This document shows positions 41,220 to 50,927 of a stretch of 64,000 bases of DNA, piece by piece. The DNA is from Anaerohalosphaeraceae bacterium. GTDB lineage: Bacteria; Planctomycetota; Phycisphaerae; Sedimentisphaerales; Anaerohalosphaeraceae. Position 1 is the first letter of the stretch, and each line of letters starts with the position of its first letter. The stretch lies in assembly GCA_963675525.2 (NCBI GenBank), contig CAXXSL010000001.1, forward strand, positions 256,001-320,000, in the 5' to 3' direction. The notes under the pieces are model-generated. The model made no database searches. It was not told the origin of the DNA and saw only the letters and a program-made list of their open reading frames with translations. The translations under genes and the position numbers were made by a program.

Positions 41220-41681
41220 ATGAGAAAGAACAAAGGTTTTACATTGGTGGAAATTCTGATCGTTGTAGTCATCCTTGGTATTTTGGCCGCGATCGTCATT
41301 CCTCAGTTCAGTGACGCAAGCACGCAGTCCAAGGTCAGTAACATGCAGTCCAGTCTGCAGACCATGCGTTCGCAGATCTCACTGTACAAGATTCAGCACA
41401 ATGATACGCCTCCTGCACTTGCAACATTTGAAGACCAGATGACACTCTTTACTGATATTGCTGGCGGAACAAATGCTACAAGAGATGCGACTCACATCTA
41501 TGGTCCTTACCTGCAGACTGTTCCCAACAATCCTTTCACCAACCTCAATACAGTAGTAGCTCCTGGTGCTGCTGCGGGTGCTGCCGGATGGGAATATGCA
41601 GTTGCTGCGGATCTTATAACCGCTACGATCAACGCTGCTGCTGATACCACTGCAGACAGTGCGGTACACATGGCTTACTAA
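41220..41681 (+). CDS. Major type IV pilin/GspG-like pseudopilin
   Basis: KG|FTLVEILIVVVILGILAAIVIP class III signal, GPYLQTVPNNPF and its own terminator. Confidence 0.92.
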   Translation: MRKNKGFTLVEILIVVVILGILAAIVIPQFSDASTQSKVSNMQSSLQTMRSQISLYKIQHNDTPPALATFEDQMTLFTDIAGGTNATRDATHIYGPYLQTVPNNPFTNLNTVVAPGAAAGAAGWEYAVAADLITATINAAADTTADSAVHMAY

Positions 41682-41710
41682 TCAGCAAGCCAAACAAAGT
41701 TGCGATTGAC

Positions 41711-41754
41711 AGCCGGTTGGCTTCCGTTTTCCGGGGGGCCGGCCGGCTTTTTTT
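41711..41754 (+). terminator. Rho-independent terminator after the major pilin
   Basis: agccggttggcttcc...ggggccggccggct followed by a T-run. Confidence 0.75.
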
Positions 41755-41830
41755 AGTGAATGAATCATGTGAATGAATAATAAATAATGCAAGAGAGTCA
41801 GCCCGGAGGGCTGTCGTTATAGCGAAAATT

Positions 41831-41899
41831 GTCATTCCCGCGAAAGCGGGAATCCAGGGGTTTAGCTTCACGCTGGATACCCGCCTGTGCGGGTATGAC
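41831..41899. repeat. Inverted REP-like pair (GTCATTCCCGCGAAAGCGGGAATCCAG type)
   Basis: 41831-41857 and the inverse ctggatacccgcctgtgcgggtatgac. A related unit lies at 40253-40280. Confidence 0.8.
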
Positions 41900-41980
41900 A
41901 GGGAGGGAAACAGGCAGGAGCCGGGACGGTTTTTAATAAGCAAATGATGTTTGTATTGTAATAAGACAAGAGGCAATGCA

Positions 41981-42448
41981 ATGGAAAAGAGCGAGAAAAA
42001 AACAAAACTGACGCTTTGTGACTGGTGCGTGTTGATCGCGATCATCGGTCTGATAGCGTCTGTTTCTCATCCGGCACTCTCCGGGGCCATGGAAGAGAAA
42101 AAACTTTCGGATATGGTGGATCGGCTTCAAATGATCCGTTCCCAGATACGGCTGTATCGGGTCGACCATGACGGCTTATATCCCGGGCAGAAAAATCGCG
42201 ACGATTTGTCGGTAACGCCCGATGAGTTCGTGGCCGCCTTAGAACAGCAGCGAGTTGATAATACTGAACCCTATGTGCGGCAGTTCCCCGGCAATCCTTA
42301 CGTGTCCGATCCTGTGGCCGGCGATGCGGTGACTTGTGTTAACGATCCCGCTGCCTTCCCCTTGGGAACCGAGGGCACCGGCTGGTGGTTTAACGCGGCG
42401 ACGGGTGAGTTTTACGCCTGCGACTCCGAATTTCATACAAATTATTAA
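41981..42448 (+). CDS. Pilin paralog with degenerate N-terminal cleavage motif
   Basis: LQMIRSQIRLY..DH, PYV...PGNPY and GTGW match the major pilin, but the N-terminus is KLTLCD. Confidence 0.8.
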   Translation: MEKSEKKTKLTLCDWCVLIAIIGLIASVSHPALSGAMEEKKLSDMVDRLQMIRSQIRLYRVDHDGLYPGQKNRDDLSVTPDEFVAALEQQRVDNTEPYVRQFPGNPYVSDPVAGDAVTCVNDPAAFPLGTEGTGWWFNAATGEFYACDSEFHTNY

Positions 42449-42547
42449 ATTAGACACTAAGGGTTTACCATAAAGAACATAAAGAACATGAAGTCTTTTA
42501 AATTAATTTCTCTTCATTTTCTTTATGTGCTTCAAGGTTAAAAATAG

Positions 42548-42967
42548 ATGTTGAGAAAACGACAACAATCCGGTTTTACGCTTTTAGAAGCGACGATGGC
42601 GATGGTGCTGTTGGCGATTGCGGCGGCGGGGATACTGCTGCCTTTTGCCAATGCTGCGTCCGTACAGGCCGAAGGGGCCAAACAGACGATGGCGGCTACC
42701 TTAGCATCGGAGCTGATGGAAAAGATATTGACAACGACTTACGCGGATATCATCACAACCTATAACGGCTACAGCGAATCAGAGACAAGCTTGCTGGATG
42801 CGGCCGGGGTGGCACACAGCGGCTCGGCCTATTCGGGTTTCAGCCGGACCGTAACATGCCAATCGGCGATGGTTGGGTCCGTAAATCTGGTTGTTGTCAC
42901 GGTGACGGTATATTATGACGGCAGTAAGGTCACAAGTGTGACGACCTTGATCGGCGACCACCAATAA
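42548..42967 (+). CDS. Minor pilin/pseudopilin (PilV/GspI-like)
   Basis: SG|FTLLEATMAMVLL. Confidence 0.85.
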   Translation: MLRKRQQSGFTLLEATMAMVLLAIAAAGILLPFANAASVQAEGAKQTMAATLASELMEKILTTTYADIITTYNGYSESETSLLDAAGVAHSGSAYSGFSRTVTCQSAMVGSVNLVVVTVTVYYDGSKVTSVTTLIGDHQ

Positions 42968-42998
42968 ATGTTAAATGTAGAATGGTGAGTGTAAAAGA

Positions 42999-43490
42999 AT
43001 GAAAAAACGACGACGACAATGTGCTGCGGGGTTTACGCTGGTGGAGTTGATGATCGCTTTGCTGGTATCTTCTGTCATCTTGTCGGCTGTTGCTACGCTG
43101 GCTTATGCAACCGGATCTGCCAAGGAAGCAACCGATGAAATGGGGCGTGAGCAGTCTGTTCTGCGGCATGTCAATGTGCGTTTGACCGATTTGATCAAGC
43201 GTGCCGATGGAGTCGTATCCGCCTCTGACAGTGGATTTGAACTTTGGCACGATATGAATTCTAATGGGGTTGTTGATGAGGGCGAATCGACACAGGTGAC
43301 CCGTGACAGTGAGGGTGACATGATCATTATTAACGGGACCGAAACCTATACGCAATGTGAGAATATAACATATCAGTATGACGATGTTGCTCCTAATACG
43401 CGATTTATAGCGATTTGGTTTGATTTGGATGAGAACGGCCAGACCCAGCGGCATACGATCAATGCGAAGCTGCGTGGTTCCGGCAATTAA
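42999..43490 (+). CDS. Minor pilin/pseudopilin (PilW/GspJ-like)
   Basis: AG|FTLVELMIALLV. Confidence 0.85.
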   Translation: MKKRRRQCAAGFTLVELMIALLVSSVILSAVATLAYATGSAKEATDEMGREQSVLRHVNVRLTDLIKRADGVVSASDSGFELWHDMNSNGVVDEGESTQVTRDSEGDMIIINGTETYTQCENITYQYDDVAPNTRFIAIWFDLDENGQTQRHTINAKLRGSGN

Positions 43491-43501
43491 AAAGTTCCAA
43501 C

Positions 43502-43966
43502 ATGAGACGAAAACGTACGACAATACGTTCACGCAAAGGCATGGCGATGCTGGTAGTCCTGTTCATCGTCATGGCCATCGCCATTATCTCATCGGGTTTC
43601 ATTGCCCGCTCGGATGTGGCGCTGGCCTGTGGCCGGAATTTTTCCATTCGCAATGAGGCGGACTATGCCGCATGGGGTGGTTTAGAGGTCGCATGGGCGC
43701 TGGTCCAGGACCCTAACTGTGTTCTTCCTTATAATAGCGGCGAACAGTCTGCCGACTGGGGAGCCGAAACCAACAATCTGAAGTATGACTTAACAATCGA
43801 TTCGCCTGTTGCCACAGCCGATCCCAATGTTGTTGTTCATTCGGTAATGTGTCAGGCTTACAAATCGGTTAACGGACAGCAGCGGGCCGCCAGCAGGTTG
43901 TATGGCGAATTGCTGTATGACAGTGGTTCCGACGTGAGGCGTTATATTTCGATTCGGCGGGAGTAA
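43502..43966 (+). CDS. Minor pilin (PilX/GspK-like)
   Basis: RKG|MAMLVVLFIV lacking Glu5, plus EADYAAWGG. Confidence 0.8.
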   Translation: MRRKRTTIRSRKGMAMLVVLFIVMAIAIISSGFIARSDVALACGRNFSIRNEADYAAWGGLEVAWALVQDPNCVLPYNSGEQSADWGAETNNLKYDLTIDSPVATADPNVVVHSVMCQAYKSVNGQQRAASRLYGELLYDSGSDVRRYISIRRE

Positions 43967-44326
43967 TGTCCGATAACTCAAATAAATTATGCTGACAGCA
44001 ACAATAATAAATTGTTTTCACATGTCACATCCAAGCCGATGGCTGTATTGGTCCTACAGAGATTATACGGATTTTAGGGGTTGTGAAGGCTGCGATGCTT
44101 CGCCGTCGCCCTTATCAGCCTTTATATTGCAGTTTAGTGTGATTCTGTTGAATTTCACTTTTTCGTTATTTGTCAGCCCTGCTGTGACAGGGGGCGCATC
44201 TCCAGAAAATTCCCCGTCTTTCTAATTTCCATGATTTCGTCGATTAAGCCCGAGGTGGTTGATGACGACAATTGAATCGGGATTTGTGTCGAATCCCTGT
44301 GATAAGTATATGAAAAGAGATGAATT

Positions 44327-44863
44327 ATGACGATTTTAAAGAAAAAAGCGAAGCTTTCTGGTGGTTTTACCATGATCGAGATCATCATTGTGGTTGTCAT
44401 CATTGGCATTGCCGCGATGATCGCGGTTCCCATGTTTTCCAGTGCGGCCGACATGCAGGTGCGCGCTGCAGCCAATCGTATGGCTGCCGACCTGGATTAT
44501 GCCAAGGGGATGGCGGTTACACATCAGAAAAACTACTCGGTGGTGTTTTATCCTAACAGCGAGTCGTATGACATCCGGGAAACTGCCACGAATACAATTA
44601 TCGACAATCCCGTGCGTCCCGGCACACAGTATGTTGTTGATTTTCCATCGGATAGTAATTTCAGCCGGGTAAATATTGCCACCGCTGCGTTCAATACGGC
44701 CATGACCCAAACGATTACGTTTGATTATCTGGGCAGTCCTTACAGCGGTGCAGGAACTTCGACCCCTTTGAACAGCGGCGTTGTTACACTGCAGGCAGAT
44801 GCATTTAACGTGACGGTAGATGTTGAACCCATGACGGGATATGTGACGATTTCAGGGCCCTAA
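44327..44863 (+). CDS. Minor pilin (FimT/GspH-like)
   Basis: GG|FTMIEIIIVVVII, ADLDYAK, ITFDYLGSP and VEPMTG. Confidence 0.85.
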   Translation: MTILKKKAKLSGGFTMIEIIIVVVIIGIAAMIAVPMFSSAADMQVRAAANRMAADLDYAKGMAVTHQKNYSVVFYPNSESYDIRETATNTIIDNPVRPGTQYVVDFPSDSNFSRVNIATAAFNTAMTQTITFDYLGSPYSGAGTSTPLNSGVVTLQADAFNVTVDVEPMTGYVTISGP

Positions 44864-44906
44864 CCGGAATTTTAACGAGACAGAGATTTAGCAAGGTTCA
44901 AGTGAT

Positions 44907-46037
44907 ATGTTTGAGTTCTTGTTTAAACAAAGACCACAACCGATCGGATTGGATGTCGGGCATTCGCTGATTAAGATGATACAGTTGAGCTGTTACAATC
45001 AGACCATTCGCGTGGAAGCGGCTGAGGAAGAAACAATCGACCGGAATCTGGAACCGGGCTCAGAGTCGTGGCGCCGCCAGGTATCTGAGTCGTTGCAGAA
45101 GATGTATCGCGAGGGAGGATTTACGGGCAATGAGGTGATTACCTGTTTACCGAGTGATTTTGTTAAAATCAAGAGTCTTCGCCTGGATACGAGCGATCCC
45201 GAACAGATCGAGGAGATGATTCAGACGGAGGTGGCCCAGCGGTTCGGAATGGATTCGCAGTGTGATGAAATTCGTTATATGGTTGCCGGAAACGTCTATC
45301 AGGGTGAAGAGATTAAAAATGAAGTGATCTTTTTCGGTATTGACCGTGAGCAGTTGGCAGCCCATATCCATTTGCTCGAAGAGGCGAATCTGATGCCGGT
45401 TTCGATTGATACGGTTCCCAATGCGTTGTTTCGCAGTTTTCAGGCAACGCTGCGTCGCCGCGAAGACCGCGAACTGGTCAGCGTTTTTGTGGATCTGGGA
45501 TCGAAATACAGCACGGTGATTATCGGTAAAGGCCAGGGAATTGTTTTTGTCAAGCAGATTCCGATAGCAGGCGACCAGTTGAATGAGCAGGTGGCTTCAA
45601 GCCTTGGCATCAGTATGGAAGAGGCTGCTCAACTTCGCATTCGTCTGCATACGCCGGACGGCAGCGGGATTGACAAGGATACATCGCGTGCGATTATCGA
45701 CGCCATGACCAGTTCGATTGAAGACCTTGCGCACGAAATATCGCTTTGCTTTAAGTATTACGCAGTGACCTTCCGCGGCCAGCGGCCTGCCGAAGCCGTG
45801 TTTGCCGGTGGTGAAGCCTATGAAGCGGTTTTGATGGATGCCATTCGCCGTCACCTGGGAATGGATATCCGAATTGCCGAACCCTTACGCGGATATGATT
45901 TATCAAAGGCAAACTTTAACCGGCGGCGAAATCCCCAGATGTGCGAGTGGGCGGTGGCTGTTGGACTGGCACTCAAAGGAATGGAATTAGAGCAGGAAAT
46001 GAACGAACAACCTGTCATAACGGCAAACGAGACATGA
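44907..46037 (+). CDS. pilM: Type IV pilus assembly protein PilM
   Basis: Actin-like motifs IGLDVG..IKMIQL, VDLG, FAGG and AVAVGLALK. Confidence 0.9.
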   Translation: MFEFLFKQRPQPIGLDVGHSLIKMIQLSCYNQTIRVEAAEEETIDRNLEPGSESWRRQVSESLQKMYREGGFTGNEVITCLPSDFVKIKSLRLDTSDPEQIEEMIQTEVAQRFGMDSQCDEIRYMVAGNVYQGEEIKNEVIFFGIDREQLAAHIHLLEEANLMPVSIDTVPNALFRSFQATLRRREDRELVSVFVDLGSKYSTVIIGKGQGIVFVKQIPIAGDQLNEQVASSLGISMEEAAQLRIRLHTPDGSGIDKDTSRAIIDAMTSSIEDLAHEISLCFKYYAVTFRGQRPAEAVFAGGEAYEAVLMDAIRRHLGMDIRIAEPLRGYDLSKANFNRRRNPQMCEWAVAVGLALKGMELEQEMNEQPVITANET

Positions 46038-46696
46038 AAGAAATAGATTTTATCCCTGAATGGTACAAGGCGAACCGGAATCGCATGAAGCGATACCATC
46101 GCCAGTATATTCTGCTGGCGTCTCTGCTGGCGATCATGATGACCTGGAGCTTTGTCATCGGCGGGTACATCGAAAAGGTTCGTGCGGACGTCGAAGGTGT
46201 TCAGGCGGTCTTTGAAAAAGGAAAAGCGAAAGTTGATGAAGGCATCCAGCTTGAGGTTGAAATCGCCTGGCTGAACCGTCAGAAAAAGATTCTTGAGGCG
46301 GTGACGCCTCGTACGAATCTTTCGTATGTGATCGGGGAACTGTCTTACTTGATTCGGGATGACATTATTCTCAGTAAAGTGTTGCTGCGGAATGAAGCGA
46401 TTCAAGTGTCGACATCGAAACAATCGACCGCAACGGGGTCGGTTGTGCAGATTGGCTCGACGGCAGGAATAAAAAAGGCCGGTTCGTTATCTCTTGAACC
46501 GATGCGGACGAAAGTGATTCTGACCGGGATCGCTGCCCGTCCGGCTGACGCGGCTATGCTGATTTCCCGGCTTGAACAGTCGGACTATTTTGAACAAGAG
46601 ACATTGATGTATTCAAAACCGAAGAAGATTAATGAACATGATGTTACCGAATTCGAGATTCAATTTTTTGTCGCGGACTACAAGGTCCAAAATTAG
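46034..46696 (+). CDS. pilN: Type IV pilus assembly protein PilN
   Basis: IDFIP N-terminal motif and single TM, positioned after pilM. Confidence 0.8.
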   Translation: MKEIDFIPEWYKANRNRMKRYHRQYILLASLLAIMMTWSFVIGGYIEKVRADVEGVQAVFEKGKAKVDEGIQLEVEIAWLNRQKKILEAVTPRTNLSYVIGELSYLIRDDIILSKVLLRNEAIQVSTSKQSTATGSVVQIGSTAGIKKAGSLSLEPMRTKVILTGIAARPADAAMLISRLEQSDYFEQETLMYSKPKKINEHDVTEFEIQFFVADYKVQN

Positions 46697-46705
46697 GAAT
46701 CAGCG

Positions 46706-47254
46706 ATGAAGCAGGTTGACAAACATCAAGCGATTATACTGGTACTCGCGGCCGTTGTTATGGTGGCTTTCGGAGTGTTCCGGTATATGCCGATTGTGAA
46801 TAAAAAAATAGCGATGAAAGAGCAGATGGCCCAGCAGAGCCTGCCGATGGAACAGATTCAGGAATACAGCCAGCGGTTGCCGGAATTAAAGCTGCAGAAA
46901 AAAGCCCTGGAGGAAAATCAGCGGGAATATTTGACGAAAATCCCCGAAGGAAAACAATTTGCACAATTGTGGCAGCATATTGCCGAGGCGATGAATGAAT
47001 GCAGACTCGAAGATCAGATGGTACAGCCCGGAATCGAAGAAAAGTCTGCGGATGTGTGCTGTATTCCTTTGAAAATTGAGTGCCGGGGAACGCTGGAACA
47101 AATGTTTACGTTCCTGCAGAAGCTGGAGAAACTTGATCGGCTGGTCTGTTTCGAAGAGATCCAGTTGGAAAACAGCAGCGATTTCAGTGCCGTTATCAAG
47201 TTGAATGCAAAAGCGAAAGTCTATTATCAACCCGAAAAGGCGGATAACAGTTAA
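46706..47254 (+). CDS. pilO: Type IV pilus assembly protein PilO
   Basis: TM, coiled coil and G...FLQKLEKLDRLV, positioned after pilN. Confidence 0.8.
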   Translation: MKQVDKHQAIILVLAAVVMVAFGVFRYMPIVNKKIAMKEQMAQQSLPMEQIQEYSQRLPELKLQKKALEENQREYLTKIPEGKQFAQLWQHIAEAMNECRLEDQMVQPGIEEKSADVCCIPLKIECRGTLEQMFTFLQKLEKLDRLVCFEEIQLENSSDFSAVIKLNAKAKVYYQPEKADNS

Positions 47255-47257
47255 GCG

Positions 47258-47884
47258 ATGAAGCGAAAAAAACAAAATAATCCGAAATCGGCTCCGGTTG
47301 CGGTCAGACTGCAAAATCTTAGCCGCAAAACCATTGCTGCGACAGTGCTGGTCAGCCTGATGGTCTTGCTTTGGGGACGGGTCCTGCTGAAAGGCAAAGG
47401 CAGTCCCGCCGAAGCCGTCGCTCAGGATGTCTCGCCATTACAGTCCCCAATAGCGAAGTCTGTGGCTTCTTCGGCCGGAATTGAGCCGGTTGTGCTCGAC
47501 GTCCTCAATGGCCGCCATGATGCATTGACCTGCGATATGTTCAGTACGGCTAACTGGAAAGCATTCAGTTTGACCAAACAAGAAAACGTGTCTTCCAATG
47601 CTCAGGTTTTATCGATCGAGGAGAATCTTGAAAAAAGGCACCAGTTAAATCTGGAGAAAATGGCCAAAACCCTGAAGCTGGAAGCAGTCATACACAATGC
47701 CGATGGGATACCTTATCAAGTTTTTGTCAATGATGCAATCTTGACCGTTGGGTCCGTACTGACGGTCAAAGAGGGACCTGACCAATATGAATTGTCGTTA
47801 AAGGAAATTAAAGAAAATGAGGCGTTGTTCGCGTGGAACAAATTCTCGATCACATTGAAAATGACCGAAACGGTTGAAAAGTAG
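47258..47884 (+). CDS. Hypothetical pilus assembly protein (PilP/GspC-like position)
   Basis: Single TM and a C-terminal beta domain (LKLEAVI...VFVND..LTVG), between pilO and the secretin. Confidence 0.6.
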   Translation: MKRKKQNNPKSAPVAVRLQNLSRKTIAATVLVSLMVLLWGRVLLKGKGSPAEAVAQDVSPLQSPIAKSVASSAGIEPVVLDVLNGRHDALTCDMFSTANWKAFSLTKQENVSSNAQVLSIEENLEKRHQLNLEKMAKTLKLEAVIHNADGIPYQVFVNDAILTVGSVLTVKEGPDQYELSLKEIKENEALFAWNKFSITLKMTETVEK

Positions 47885-47899
47885 AAAGGATGGTGTCAA

Positions 47900-49618
47900 A
47901 TGGATGGTAACAGAAAGACAAATGTTGAACACAAGCGTTTTGTAGTGCTTGGAACCTGGGCCGTGGTTTTGTCCATCGGTGCAATGGTGCTGATGGGGCA
48001 GGTTACAGTGGCCGGCGCCGAGCCGAGCGTGGCTGTGATTGCCGCCAGTACGATGGCGGAAACCGAAGCAGCCGAAGCCGAGGTGCAGCAGTCCCTGAAC
48101 GGCCAGTCGATCCAGACGATCAGCTTTAAGAAAGATATGCCGATCACGGATGCCCTGCGGATGCTGGCACAGATGTATCAGAAGAATATCGTACCTTCAG
48201 CGGCCGTGGACGGCATTGTAACCGTCACGAATCTGTACGATGTGACGTTCGAAGAAGCCATGCAGGCGATCCTCGGAACGCACAAGTATGAGGTCAAAGG
48301 CAACTTCATCAAGGTTTACACCAATGAAGAATTCATGCAGGACAAGAGCCGTTTTGAAAACGCGATAATTTCTCTGTATTACATCAATGCGGCTGAAGCA
48401 CAGAAACTGACAGAGCCCTTGCTGAGCGAATTTGGACGACTGGGTGTTACCAGTCCTGCCGAATTGGACACCGAACCCGGTCAAGGCGGCGATACGCTGG
48501 CCATTCGGGATCGACTGGTTGTCAATGATTATCCTGAAAACATTCGCAGTATCCGTGAAACCCTTGAAGAAGTGGATATTCAACCTCCTCAGGTGTTGAT
48601 CGAAGTAACATACCTGAAAGCTGTATTGGATGAAAAGACCGAATTTGGTATCGACTGGCAGAATCTCAGTGCGGCACACGGTCTTTCGCTTGGACTCGGC
48701 GTATCTGGTGAATCTGTCAGTGGGTTTGCCAGCGGTGTTGGCGCTGGCGGCTTGACTGTTGGTATCCTTGAAGATAATGTTGAAGTGCTGATCCGGGCAT
48801 TGGACACAATTACGGATACCACAGTTTTAGCGAATCCCAAGATTATGGCGCTCAATAAACAGGCCGGCAAAATCATTATTGGTGAACGAGACGGTTACCT
48901 GAGTTCACAGAGTGTTAGTGATGGTGGTACTTCCACACAGGAAGTTGCGTTTCTTGAAACAGGTACGGTGTTGGAATTTCGTCCCTTTATCTGTAAGGAT
49001 GGGATGATTCGCATGGAACTGTATCCTAAACAGAGTGATGGTGATGTTGTTTCAATTGGTGATTTTGTATTGCCTAATGAGACAACAACAGAAGTTATGA
49101 CCAATGTTATGGTTAAAGACGGCAAGACCATTGTTCTGGGTGGTTTATTCCAGGAAGAAACCACGTTGGGTCATACACAGGTTCCACTGCTGGGTGATTT
49201 GCCTATCATTGGCGATTTGTTTAGAGGTGTTGACGATCAGTCGGTTCGTACCGAACTGATCGTGCTGATCACGCCTCATATTATCAACGATCCTGAGGAA
49301 GCCGACGGCACCGAGCGAATGAATGATGTCATGCGTTTAGCTTATGATGCACGCAAGAACATCACCTGGATGAGCCGTGCACGCATTGAAGAAGATCGTT
49401 ACGCCCAGGCCGTCAAGCTTTACACCGAAGGCCAGCCCGAAGCGGCACTGTCTTTGCTGAATTGTGAATACAGCGATATGGACCGCGGTTATCTTGATGA
49501 GCTGCGTCTGAAAGAACGTATTATTCGTGAAACGCAGCCGGATCAAGCCGACAAGATCGAGCAGATCATGCTGCGTGCGATTGAAAAAGAAGAATCCGGA
49601 AAGTGGATTCGAAGGTAA
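47900..49618 (+). CDS. Secretin (PilQ/GspD family)
   Basis: PPQVLIEV, VLANPKIMALN, VMVKDGKTIVLGGL, VPLLGDLPIIGDLF and ELIVLITPHI. Confidence 0.95.
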   Translation: MDGNRKTNVEHKRFVVLGTWAVVLSIGAMVLMGQVTVAGAEPSVAVIAASTMAETEAAEAEVQQSLNGQSIQTISFKKDMPITDALRMLAQMYQKNIVPSAAVDGIVTVTNLYDVTFEEAMQAILGTHKYEVKGNFIKVYTNEEFMQDKSRFENAIISLYYINAAEAQKLTEPLLSEFGRLGVTSPAELDTEPGQGGDTLAIRDRLVVNDYPENIRSIRETLEEVDIQPPQVLIEVTYLKAVLDEKTEFGIDWQNLSAAHGLSLGLGVSGESVSGFASGVGAGGLTVGILEDNVEVLIRALDTITDTTVLANPKIMALNKQAGKIIIGERDGYLSSQSVSDGGTSTQEVAFLETGTVLEFRPFICKDGMIRMELYPKQSDGDVVSIGDFVLPNETTTEVMTNVMVKDGKTIVLGGLFQEETTLGHTQVPLLGDLPIIGDLFRGVDDQSVRTELIVLITPHIINDPEEADGTERMNDVMRLAYDARKNITWMSRARIEEDRYAQAVKLYTEGQPEAALSLLNCEYSDMDRGYLDELRLKERIIRETQPDQADKIEQIMLRAIEKEESGKWIRR

Positions 49619-49709
49619 CTGTTATTGAGAACTCCCGGGTTTCGGCAGTGTGATGGATGCTGCCGGAACCCGGAAAACCCTAACCCAAGGAAGAAGACAG
49701 GGGTCGATC

Positions 49710-50909
49710 ATGAACACATTAAAAAAAACAGCAGTTGTTCTGCTTGTATCCGCAGTGGTATGGAGTTTTTCCGGTTGTGATGAATATGCAACCAAAAAAC
49801 AGGAAATGGTGGCAGGCTGGGAACAATCCACGGCCACCGCAAAGATTCCGATGGTGGAAGATTTGATCGAACGAGGCGAGATTGAAGAAGCCAAGAAGAC
49901 GCTCGAAAAGTGTCTGCAAAGCGATCCTCAATCGGCTCAACTGTATCTGCTGGCCGGCCGGATCCATTTCATCGAGGGCCGGACCGAAGAGGCTCGCAGT
50001 TATTTCGAAAAAGCCGTCGAACTGGATTCCGAATTGGCCGAAGGCTGGCATCAACTGGGTTCATTAGCTGCGATGGAAAAGGATTATACCCTTGCCCTGC
50101 AGCATTACAGCAAAACGTTAGAACTGCAGCCCCTCAGGGCCGAATACCGTGCCAGTGTAGCCGATGTTCTCATCGAACTGGGACAGGCTGAACAGGCCAA
50201 AGAAACCCTCCAGGCCGGACTGCGTCAACAACCAAGAAATCTTGAATTGAAGTTGGCATTGGCCCGCCTGCATCATCAACTGGGCGATATTCAACAGGCG
50301 ATTCAGACGTATGAACAGGCCCAGCTTATGCATGGAAATCATCCGCGTGTTCTTGAGCCCTGCGGTTATGCCTATGTGGCATTAAAGAAATGGGACAAGG
50401 CTGCGGAAAAATTCACTGTACTTTTGGAAAAATGCCAACCGGAAACCGTTCATTATAATGTGGTGTTGCGATCGCTTGCCATGTGTTCATTTAACTCTGG
50501 AGACTACAGCAAGGCGCTGAATTGCTATGATGAGCTGTCGGTAGTGAATCGTGAAGACCCGGAAATATGGGTCGGTATGGCCCAGTCCGCATTGGGTTTG
50601 GATGATACCAAACGAGCGATTTTTTGTGCCGATAAAGCCCTTCGACTAAAGCCAGCCTGGCCCGAAGCCTATGCCGTTTTGGCTAGTGCGCAGTATATGC
50701 AGGGACAATACGAAAAATCACTGGATACGTTCCATGTGATCATCCATGACGATGAATTGTCAGGATTTGCGTGGTTTATGATCGGGCGATGCTATCGGCA
50801 GATGGGGCAAACCGCCGAGGCTCAATCAGCATTTGATCGGGCCGAACAATTGGATCCGGACAGTGACCTGGTGACGGCATTCTTAAAGAAAACGGTACAA
50901 TCTTTGTAA
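49710..50909 (+). CDS. TPR lipoprotein (possible pilotin)
   Basis: Lipobox FSGC and multiple TPR repeats, following the secretin. Confidence 0.85.
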   Translation: MNTLKKTAVVLLVSAVVWSFSGCDEYATKKQEMVAGWEQSTATAKIPMVEDLIERGEIEEAKKTLEKCLQSDPQSAQLYLLAGRIHFIEGRTEEARSYFEKAVELDSELAEGWHQLGSLAAMEKDYTLALQHYSKTLELQPLRAEYRASVADVLIELGQAEQAKETLQAGLRQQPRNLELKLALARLHHQLGDIQQAIQTYEQAQLMHGNHPRVLEPCGYAYVALKKWDKAAEKFTVLLEKCQPETVHYNVVLRSLAMCSFNSGDYSKALNCYDELSVVNREDPEIWVGMAQSALGLDDTKRAIFCADKALRLKPAWPEAYAVLASAQYMQGQYEKSLDTFHVIIHDDELSGFAWFMIGRCYRQMGQTAEAQSAFDRAEQLDPDSDLVTAFLKKTVQSL

Positions 50910-50927
50910 AGGAATGATGCGGCGGTT

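Noticed and set aside
48590..49230. Possible recombined AT-rich patch inside the secretin
   Set aside because: Only a visual impression of T-ending codons. It cannot be supported without computing codon usage.
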